Positions 56,751-64,000 of a stretch of DNA of 64,000 nt are shown here, one piece after another (the stretch's first letter is position 1; the number at the start of each line of letters is the position of its first letter). A program made the translations under genes and the position numbers. The stretch is from an uncultured Chloroflexia bacterium (GTDB lineage Bacteria > Chloroflexota > Limnocylindria > Limnocylindrales > CSP1-4), in the NCBI GenBank assembly GCA_963720755.1, contig CAVRGP010000013.1, forward strand, positions 64,001 to 128,000, in the 5' to 3' direction. The notes below the pieces were generated by a model that did not search any database, was not told the DNA's origin, and saw only the letters and a program-made list of their open reading frames with translations.

Positions 56751-57443
56751 ATGAGGGCGCAGACGGTCCGGGATCGAGGACTTCCGGTGAGAGGCTCCAG
56801 GGTCGCAGCGCTGATCGTCGTGGCCACGCTCGCCACGTCGGCGTGCGGCGGGAACTCGACGCCGACTCGGGCGGCTGGCACATCAGGCGCCTCGGCGCCG
56901 GCCCTGGTCAGCCTCGTGCCCCAGGCGAGCGAACTGAACTCGGCCGACCTAGCCTCACCGACGGCAGTACCAACGCCCACACCGCTACCGACGGCAACGC
57001 CGACCTCGAACTCGACGCTGCCCGCGGTGCCGCCCCCGCCGACGCACGTGGAGCTCACCATGCTGCCCGGGCCGACGGACAGCACGGGCTTCCCGCTCAC
57101 GACCAAACGGATCGTGACCTGGCAGGAAGCCGTGACCGATGGGACCCAGATCCGGGTCTACTACCTCACGAAGTGCCTCAACCCCCCGACGCCAGAAGGG
57201 GTTCCCTGCATCGTCAAGCACATGGCGCTCCCGCCCGGCAGCCTGAAACTGATCGCGAAGGCCCCGGCCGCACAGGAAACGGTGTCGTGGACCTGGCCGA
57301 CGCCCGAGGACATCGGCGGCGCTTTCGACTGGGATGGCCAGAACTACTACTACGGCCTGGTGATCGCCGCGTACAACGCCGTCGGTCATTCGAGATTCAT
57401 CATCATCGGGTCCGGCGAGTCCTGCACAGACTGCACCTACTAG
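56751..57443 (+). CDS. Putative lipoprotein of unknown function
   Basis: Hydrophobic stretch plus lipobox TSA-C; Pro/Thr linker; beta-rich C-terminal domain with 4 Cys; start uncertain. Confidence 0.75.
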   Translation: MRAQTVRDRGLPVRGSRVAALIVVATLATSACGGNSTPTRAAGTSGASAPALVSLVPQASELNSADLASPTAVPTPTPLPTATPTSNSTLPAVPPPPTHVELTMLPGPTDSTGFPLTTKRIVTWQEAVTDGTQIRVYYLTKCLNPPTPEGVPCIVKHMALPPGSLKLIAKAPAAQETVSWTWPTPEDIGGAFDWDGQNYYYGLVIAAYNAVGHSRFIIIGSGESCTDCTY

Positions 57444-57613
57444 CGCCCGGCACAGGGTCCCCGAGATGGCCGTCACCCACGAGCCAGGAGGCTCAGCGCG
57501 GTGTCGCCGATGTGAGACCTGCGGCCGGACGCGCGATCGTGTCGGGCTCGGTGCCCACGAGGGCCAGGCCTCCAAGAACGACTGGTAGACTTCGCGGAAC
57601 GCCGTTGCCTCGG

Positions 57614-57689
57614 GCGGGAGTAGCTCAGTTGGCAGAGCGGCAGCCTTCCAAGCTGCATGTCGCGAGTTCGAACCTCGTCTCCCGCTCCA
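57614..57689 (+). tRNA. tRNA-Gly (anticodon TCC)
   Basis: GCGGGAG/CTCCCGC acceptor stem, GCAGC-CTTCCAA-GCTGC anticodon arm, GTTCGAA T-loop, encoded CCA; 76 nt. Confidence 0.97.
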
Positions 57690-57721
57690 CCGTTCCTCGC
57701 CTGCGTGGACGTCCGGTCGGG

Positions 57722-57817
57722 TCAGCGCCCGAGGGCGCGTAAGGCCGCCTCGTACTCGGCGGTCGTGATCTCGCCTCGACTCAATCGCTCCCGGGGGACC
57801 TCCTGGGGGTCCTGGCC
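57722..57817 (-). pseudogene. Orphan SHOCT-like coding remnant in frame after the upstream gene's TAG
   Basis: GQDPQEVPRERLSRGEITTAEYEAALRALGR*; no start codon upstream of the SHOCT-like motif (only an internal TTG). Confidence 0.55.
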
Positions 57818-58495
57818 CTACATGCGAGCGAGGATCTCCGCCTTCTTCGACTCGAACTCTGCGTCCGTGATCGCTCCCCGATCGTGCAGATCGGCTAGCC
57901 GGGCGAGCGTGTCGGCATCGGCCGAACTGGTCACGCCGGTGGGCGCAGGGCTCGCGCCGACCTGGGCCACGGCTGCCGCGGCTGGCGCCTCACCCCGTCG
58001 ATCGACCGCCTTCTGGGCCATGACCGCGTTCCGGAACCCGATCGGATCCGTGATCGTCAGAAATCGGTCTTTCCCCGCGTCGCCCGACTGCGTCAACAGC
58101 GTGAGATCGCCGTAGCCAAGGCGGCTGCCCAGGAACCCGACGCGCGAGGTCACGTCGCTCAGCGACGCGAGCAGGGTCGTCGAACTGCGTTTCGAGACGA
58201 CGCCTTCCTCGTGGAGCACCCGCATGGTCGTGACGACAAAGTGCGCCGACTGCCATTCGACCAGGTTGAGGACGATCCATCCGATCCCACCGACGACGAG
58301 AACGAGCGCGACCAGGTCGAGAAGCGATCCGAACACCCCCGCGATGCCGTCGCCGTTCGGCGAGATGCGGTAGATCAGCAGGGCGCCGATGACCATCAGG
58401 CCCGCCAAGAGCGACGCCAGGATCGGTGCCATCCAGTGCTTCTTCGACTCGTGGACGATCGTCTCGTCCGGGAGCAGGTTCTCGGTGATGGCCAC
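57818..58495 (-). CDS. Bacterial PH-domain + SHOCT membrane protein
   Basis: LLPDETIV..HW, two TM helices, VVTTMRV..GVVS, LGYGDL, LADLHDRGAITDAEFESKK; GGAGG RBS. Confidence 0.88.
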   Translation of the reverse strand: MAITENLLPDETIVHESKKHWMAPILASLLAGLMVIGALLIYRISPNGDGIAGVFGSLLDLVALVLVVGGIGWIVLNLVEWQSAHFVVTTMRVLHEEGVVSKRSSTTLLASLSDVTSRVGFLGSRLGYGDLTLLTQSGDAGKDRFLTITDPIGFRNAVMAQKAVDRRGEAPAAAAVAQVGASPAPTGVTSSADADTLARLADLHDRGAITDAEFESKKAEILARM

Positions 58496-58623
58496 GGTAC
58501 CCTCCGTCCTCCCCTCCGGCCCTCGATCCTGGCCGTCGATGCGATGCGCAGCGTACCTTGACGGAGGACCGCGAGTGGGACCCGCCAGCTGCCTCTTGAA
58601 CGAACCTCGGGTATCGTCCGGCC

Positions 58624-60426
58624 ATGGATGAGCCGCACGGTCCGGTAGGGCCCGCTCCGGACGTGGGCCGGCTGGTCGACGGCCGGTACCGTCTGGCCGA
58701 GCGGATCGGCGTCGGTGGGATGGCGACCGTCCACCGCGCCTGGGATACCCGGTCCGACCGAGCGGTGGCGATCAAGCTGCTCCGGCGCGAGGTGCTCGAG
58801 GATGCGGAACTGGCGATGCGCTTCCGGCGCGAGGCGCTCGCCGCGACCGTCCTGCGCCATCCCAACATCGTCGCCTGCCTTGCGGCTGGGACGGACGTCG
58901 ACCAGCCCTACCTCGTCATGGAACTTGTGGAAGGCGAAGATCTCGCGGCACGGCTCCGCCGGATCGGCCGGCTGCCTCCTGCCGAGGCCGCTCGGATCGG
59001 ACTGGACGTGGCCCGGGCACTCGGTGTCGCCCACCTGCGCGGGATCATCCACCGCGATGTGAAGCCGGGCAACATCGTGCTCGCCCGCGATGGGCGAGCG
59101 ATGGTCACCGACTTCGGGATCGCCCGCCTCGCCGCGGATGCCGAGGGAACCATCCCCGGGACGACGCTCGGGTCCGTCCACTATTTCAGCCCCGAACAGG
59201 CAACCGGACAGGGCACCACACCAGCCTCCGACGTCTATGGTCTCGGCCTTGTCCTGTACGAGATGCTCGTCGGGCAGCGAGCGTGGACGGGCGAGACCAC
59301 GGCGCAGATCGCGGCGGTTCGCGTCGGGAGTCCGGCGCCGTCGCCACGATCGGTACGACCGGACATCAGCCCGGCGATGGACGCGATCGTGGTGCGTGCC
59401 CTCCAGCCGAACCCGGCTGCCCGTTATGCCAATGGCTCCGCCCTCGCGGCGGCGCTCGAACCACTCGTCAGCCAGCCTGATCCATCGAGCCCGACCACTC
59501 CGGTCAAGGCGCCGGTCATCGTTGGTGGCGCTGCAGGGCCGCCGCCCCCAGGGGTGGCCGGATCGCGGATCGTGGGTACCGGTGCCCATCGGGCATCCCC
59601 GGCCATCGCCGGACCCCTGGTCGTCCTCCTCATCGTCGTCTCGGTCGTCGGCGCGGCCATGCTGATCGCCGCCCTTCCCGGGCCCGGGGGTGGCGGCGCG
59701 GTCGCCATCGGGACCGCCAAGCCCACCGCGACCAGCGCCGCGATCGCGGGCCCGACGACCAAGCCAGCGGCAACGACCGGCACACTGGCCCCGGGGACGA
59801 CGACGGCCCCGACCTCGACACCGAGGATCAAGCCGACGCCCAAGCCGACGCCCGCGCCCACCCCGAAGCCGGCTCTCGCTCCCGCGAACGATGTGTGCGA
59901 TCCATTCTTCGGGTTCGCCTGCGGTCTCGATCCGGGTGTCTACCAGCCGACTGCCTTCCGGCCCGCGATCCGGTTCACCGTGGCCGATGGCTGGTCCGTG
60001 GCAAGCATCGATCCGAGCCTGATGGCCCTGCAGCACGACACGGGCGTGCTGACCGTCACCAGCGGCGTGGATCGGGTCTACCCGCACGGGGATGCGCAGC
60101 CGGCGCCGACGACAGCCCGCGGATTGGTCGAAGCGTTCATCGGCACGGACGGGGTCGCCGCCGATCCGCCGATCGATGGACACCTCGGCAAGCGACCGAC
60201 CGTGACGGTCGATCTCACCCCGATCGGCCGGCAACGGGTCGCGATCTTCGCGACCGGCAACCAAACCTTCTATCTGCAGCCGCACGCCACCACCCGGGTC
60301 ATCGCGGTGGATGGCCGCGACGGTCTGGTCGTGATCGCGATCGAGCCATCCCGGGATTCCACCCTCGAGTCGGCCCTGGCAGCCGCGGATCCCGTCGTCA
60401 AGGGCCTGCGCTTCCCGATCCGATGA
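58624..60426 (+). CDS. Hanks-type Ser/Thr protein kinase with TM and extracellular domain
   Basis: IGVGGMATV, VAIK, HRDVKPGN, DFGIA, SPEQ, SDVYGLG; no PASTA repeats seen. Confidence 0.94.
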   Translation: MDEPHGPVGPAPDVGRLVDGRYRLAERIGVGGMATVHRAWDTRSDRAVAIKLLRREVLEDAELAMRFRREALAATVLRHPNIVACLAAGTDVDQPYLVMELVEGEDLAARLRRIGRLPPAEAARIGLDVARALGVAHLRGIIHRDVKPGNIVLARDGRAMVTDFGIARLAADAEGTIPGTTLGSVHYFSPEQATGQGTTPASDVYGLGLVLYEMLVGQRAWTGETTAQIAAVRVGSPAPSPRSVRPDISPAMDAIVVRALQPNPAARYANGSALAAALEPLVSQPDPSSPTTPVKAPVIVGGAAGPPPPGVAGSRIVGTGAHRASPAIAGPLVVLLIVVSVVGAAMLIAALPGPGGGGAVAIGTAKPTATSAAIAGPTTKPAATTGTLAPGTTTAPTSTPRIKPTPKPTPAPTPKPALAPANDVCDPFFGFACGLDPGVYQPTAFRPAIRFTVADGWSVASIDPSLMALQHDTGVLTVTSGVDRVYPHGDAQPAPTTARGLVEAFIGTDGVAADPPIDGHLGKRPTVTVDLTPIGRQRVAIFATGNQTFYLQPHATTRVIAVDGRDGLVVIAIEPSRDSTLESALAAADPVVKGLRFPIR

Positions 60427-60478
60427 CGGACAGGAACGTGGCCCGCCGGTCCTTCGGGCCGGGTACCCTTCGACGGGC

Positions 60479-61408
60479 ATGAGTCTCATCGCCCTCCGTG
60501 ACCTGACCCTCCGCTACCCGGGCGGGGTGACTGCCCTTGACGGACTGACCCTGGAGCTCCAGCCCGGGATCATCGGCCTGGTCGGAGCCAACGGTGCGGG
60601 CAAGAGCACGCTGATCAAGATCCTGCTCGGCCTGTTGCCGCCGACATCCGGCGAGGCCGCGGTCATGGATCTCGATGTCCGCGGGCAGGGGACGGTCATC
60701 CGCCAGTTCGTCGGGTACCTCCCCGAATACGACTGCCTGCCTCCCGACAGCTCCGCCACCGACTTCGTGACCCACATGGCGCGGATGTCCGGGTTGCCCA
60801 GCGGGGCCGCTCGCGAACGGACGGCCGAAGTCCTCCGTCATGTCGGCCTGTACGAGGAACGCTACCGCGCGATGGGCGGCTACTCGACCGGGATGAAGCA
60901 GCGGGTCAAGCTGGCCCAGGCGCTCGTCCACGACCCGCGGCTGCTGCTCCTCGACGAACCGACCAACGGCCTCGATCCAGCCGGCCGCGACGAGATGCTC
61001 GCGCTCGTTCGGCGGACCGGCGCGGAGTTCGGTATCGCCGTCATCGTCGCCAGCCATCTCCTTGGCGAGATCGAGCGGGTGTGCGACTTCCTCGTTGCCA
61101 TCGATGCTGGCCACTTGCTCCAGGCTGCTCCGCTCGGCACGTTCACGGAGCGGACCGGGGTCGTGGCGGTCGAAGTCGAGGAGGACGGCGCGCGCCTCGC
61201 CGACTCGCTCGTGGCCCGGGGCCTGCAGGCGGTGGCCGACGGGCGGACTGTCCTGCTGACGGTGACCGAGGATCGGCAATACGACATCATCCGCGACGTC
61301 GTCGCCGAGCTCGGGTTGTCGCTCGTCCGTCTCGAGCAGCGTCGTCAGAGCCTCGAGGACCTGTTCCGCGACGAGCCGGCACTGGCACCTGGACCGGTCG
61401 CCCGATGA
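60479..61408 (+). CDS. ABC transporter ATP-binding protein
   Basis: GANGAGKS, YSTGMKQR, LLLDEP. Confidence 0.95.
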   Translation: MSLIALRDLTLRYPGGVTALDGLTLELQPGIIGLVGANGAGKSTLIKILLGLLPPTSGEAAVMDLDVRGQGTVIRQFVGYLPEYDCLPPDSSATDFVTHMARMSGLPSGAARERTAEVLRHVGLYEERYRAMGGYSTGMKQRVKLAQALVHDPRLLLLDEPTNGLDPAGRDEMLALVRRTGAEFGIAVIVASHLLGEIERVCDFLVAIDAGHLLQAAPLGTFTERTGVVAVEVEEDGARLADSLVARGLQAVADGRTVLLTVTEDRQYDIIRDVVAELGLSLVRLEQRRQSLEDLFRDEPALAPGPVAR

Positions 61409-62310
61409 CCGGGAACGCCGCCGGCGGCAGCATCTACGACCTGGGTTACCAGTCGTACGACGGCCCGCGCCTCGGTCGCCGTAGCGCCGTCGTTGCCCTG
61501 TTCGCCCAAACCATCCGTGCGTGTTTCGGGATCGGTCGCGGCGGCAAGGCGAAGATCGCGCCGTTCGTGCTGGCCGGGCTGGCCGTTCTGCCGGCGATCG
61601 TGGCGGTCGGCCTGGCCACGATCCTGACCCAGGCAGGGCCGGCCGGTGGAGCGATCGGATCGCCCATCGCCTACTCCAACTATCACGGCCTCGTCGGGAT
61701 CCTGATCATGCTCTTCTGCGCGGCCCAGGCCCCCGAGCTGTTCGGGCGAGACCAGCGCTACGGCACGCTGCCGCTCTACTTCTCCCGCGTGCTGACCCGG
61801 ACCGACTACGCCGTCGCCAAGGTCGGCGGCCTGGTGATGGCCCTGTTCCTGGTGGACGTGGCCCCATATCTGATCCTGTTCGTGGGTCGCGTCTTCGTGG
61901 CTCCGGATCCGGTCGCCGGACTCAACGAGGAACTCGGCGCGGTCCCGAAGTTCGTCCTCCAGGCGCTCCTGACCGCCGGTCTGCTGGGCGGACTGGCGTC
62001 GTTGGTCGCGGCCTGGACGCCGCGGCGCGCCTATGCGACCGCGACGATCATCGGGGTATTCGTCATCCCGCCGATCATCGTGGCTCTGGTCGGTGGACTG
62101 ACCAACCAGGACCTGGCCCGGGTGCTCGTCCTGTTCAGTCCCGGCGACGTCCTCGACGGCACGAATGCGGCGATCTTCGGGACGATCCCCGACAGCGCGG
62201 TGGTCGCCGCCCTCGGTCTGCCCGGCTGGGCCTACGTGGGTGCAGCCGCGGTCGGGATCGCCGGCTCGATCGGCTTGACGATCCGACGCTATCTGAAGAT
62301 CGCAGCATGA
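61405..62310 (+). CDS. ABC-2 type permease
   Basis: IYDLGYQSYDG, LPLYFSRVLTRTDY, about 6 TM; ATGA coupling. Confidence 0.9.
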   Translation: MTGNAAGGSIYDLGYQSYDGPRLGRRSAVVALFAQTIRACFGIGRGGKAKIAPFVLAGLAVLPAIVAVGLATILTQAGPAGGAIGSPIAYSNYHGLVGILIMLFCAAQAPELFGRDQRYGTLPLYFSRVLTRTDYAVAKVGGLVMALFLVDVAPYLILFVGRVFVAPDPVAGLNEELGAVPKFVLQALLTAGLLGGLASLVAAWTPRRAYATATIIGVFVIPPIIVALVGGLTNQDLARVLVLFSPGDVLDGTNAAIFGTIPDSAVVAALGLPGWAYVGAAAVGIAGSIGLTIRRYLKIAA

Positions 62311-63263
62311 ACGACGCTCCACCCGCCATGACCTCGGAGGCGAAGGCCGTCCGGCCTGCGCTCGAGGTCGACCACGTCTCGCGTTGGTACGGCAACGTCG
62401 TGGCGGTCAATGACATCTCATTCGGGCTGGGCCCGGGCGTGACCGGGTTGCTCGGGCCAAACGGCGCCGGCAAGTCCACGCTCCTGCACCTCATGGCCGG
62501 CCTCCTCGCGCCATCGGCGGGCCGCGTCCTGGTCGAAGGAAAGCCTTCGTGGCGTCGGGCGGACATGTATCGCCACATCGGTCTGGTCCCCGAGCGGGAA
62601 AGCGTCCACTCGTATCTGACCGGGTTCGAGTTCGCGCAGCTCAACGCCCGCCTGCAGCAGGTACCGGATCCGGACGCGGCGGCGAGACGGGCGATCGCCA
62701 CGGTCGACCTGCAAGAGGCTGCAGACCGGGCGATCGGGACCTATTCGAAGGGGATGCGGCAGCGGGCCAAGCTTGCCGGTGCGCTCGTCCACGAGCCGCG
62801 GATCCTGCTGCTCGATGAGCCGTTCAACGGCATGGATCCTCGCCAGCGCCTCCACATGATGACCCTGCTGCAGTCGATGGCCGCTGCGGGTCGGACCGTG
62901 CTCTTCTCGTCGCACATCCTCGAGGAGGTCGAGCGGCTCGCGGACTCCGTCCTGGTGGTCTACGCGGGCCGGTTGGCGGCCGCCGGGGACTTCCGGTCCA
63001 TCCGTCGCCTGATGACCGACCGGCCCCACACATTCACGGTCCGCTCGTCGGACGACCGTCGCCTGGCATCGATGCTGATGGCCGATCCGTCCGTGTTCGG
63101 TGCCGAGTTGATCGGGGATCACGTCGCGATCCGAACCGCTGAATACGATGCCTTCACCCACGCCCTGCCCCGCGTCGCCCGGGACGGCGGGGTGACCCTG
63201 TTCGAGGTCCGACCGACCGACGATTCGCTCGAGAGCGTGTTCAGCTACCTGGTTCGCCGATGA
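62307..63263 (+). CDS. ABC transporter ATP-binding protein
   Basis: GPNGAGKS, YSKGMRQR, LLLDEP; ATGA coupling. Confidence 0.95.
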   Translation: MNDAPPAMTSEAKAVRPALEVDHVSRWYGNVVAVNDISFGLGPGVTGLLGPNGAGKSTLLHLMAGLLAPSAGRVLVEGKPSWRRADMYRHIGLVPERESVHSYLTGFEFAQLNARLQQVPDPDAAARRAIATVDLQEAADRAIGTYSKGMRQRAKLAGALVHEPRILLLDEPFNGMDPRQRLHMMTLLQSMAAAGRTVLFSSHILEEVERLADSVLVVYAGRLAAAGDFRSIRRLMTDRPHTFTVRSSDDRRLASMLMADPSVFGAELIGDHVAIRTAEYDAFTHALPRVARDGGVTLFEVRPTDDSLESVFSYLVRR

Positions 63264-63979
63264 CCGTCATGGCCGCGCTCATGGGGGTCACGCTGCGAGG
63301 GTTGCTCGGTCGTCGGCGGACGATCCTCCTGGCCCTGTTCGCTGCCCTCCCGGTGTTCATCGCCCTGCTCATCCGGGCGACCGGCGGACGACCCGACGCG
63401 GACCGGGTCCTGGAGACCCTCGTCATCCGGATGGTGATGCCCCTCGTCGCGCTGGTCATCGGGACGGCCGCGATCGGATCGGAGATCGAGGACGGGACGG
63501 CCGTCTTCCTGATCATCAAGCCCATCCCACGTTGGCGGATCGCTCTGGCAAAGATCCTGGTCGCCACCGGCCTGACGGCCCTGATGATCGTGCCGTCGGT
63601 GGTGATCACCGCGCTCCTCCTCGGCGGCGCCGGGGACCAGGTCACGACCCTGATCGGCTTTTCGATGGCGTGCCTCGTCGGCGGAGCCGCGTACGCTGCG
63701 GCGTTCGTCGCGCTCAGTGTGTTCACCACCCGGGCCCTCCTCATCGGGCTGGCCTATACGCTGATCTGGGAAGGGGTCCTGTCCGGCCTGCTCACGGGCA
63801 CGAAATTCCTGTCGATCCGCCAGGCGACGCTCGGCCTCGCCGCGGCGTTCGGGGTCGACGTTCCGGGCGACCCGCTCGTCCCGGTGGTGAGCGTGTTCGT
63901 TCTCGGCGTCATCCTGATCGGCGCATTCGTCCTGGCGAGCTGGCGACTCTCCCGGTTCGAGATCCGCGGCGGCGACTGA
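63260..63979 (+). CDS. ABC-2 type permease
   Basis: GSEIEDGTAVFLIIKPIPR, about 6 TM; ATGA coupling. Confidence 0.9.
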   Translation: MTVMAALMGVTLRGLLGRRRTILLALFAALPVFIALLIRATGGRPDADRVLETLVIRMVMPLVALVIGTAAIGSEIEDGTAVFLIIKPIPRWRIALAKILVATGLTALMIVPSVVITALLLGGAGDQVTTLIGFSMACLVGGAAYAAAFVALSVFTTRALLIGLAYTLIWEGVLSGLLTGTKFLSIRQATLGLAAAFGVDVPGDPLVPVVSVFVLGVILIGAFVLASWRLSRFEIRGGD

Positions 63980-64000
63980 TCCCGCCCGCTTGACCGTTCA

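Noticed and set aside
57614-57689. tRNA-Gly as the attachment site of an integrated element
   Set aside because: No integrase and no duplicated tRNA 3' end noticed in the window

Overview
This is a gene-dense, visibly high-GC bacterial chromosome segment. Gene content and style suggest Chloroflexota (possibly Limnocylindria-like) or Actinomycetota, which is inference only. I saw no transposase, integrase, prophage, CRISPR array or rRNA. Contents in order: LOG protein; MarR-MFS-Rieske unit; two luciferase-like oxidoreductases flanking a SIS protein; sodN-sodX (nickel SOD) divergent from a large alpha-glucan/trehalose operon (glgX-treY-treZ-glgE-treS/mak plus an atypical 1117-aa GH13, with no glgB or glgC in the window); a sulfatase; LysM, GNAT, TPM, lysA, DUF885 and GntR genes; a second glucan cluster (GH57, glgP, glgA); an rhlE-like helicase; an uncharacterised module (SHOCT protein, frameshifted SulP, P-type ATPase, PPK2, membrane protein, DUF6325-like protein, tandem-repeat peptide, DUF2252-like protein); acr3; two truncated genes joined at an apparent deletion; tRNA-Gly(TCC); a Ser/Thr kinase; and a four-gene ABC system. 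The best candidate for an undescribed system is the 45.5-54.6 kb module. Its P-type ATPase keeps an intact catalytic core but has lost the acidic cation-binding residues (PTAL instead of PEGL) and is translationally coupled to a polyphosphate kinase 2. Other notable points are a sodX whose catalytic Ser lies upstream of the first canonical start codon, a promoter motif shared by glgX and glgE, many apparently leaderless genes and an unlisted 45-aa membrane peptide. All family assignments come from motif recognition by eye; no searches were run.
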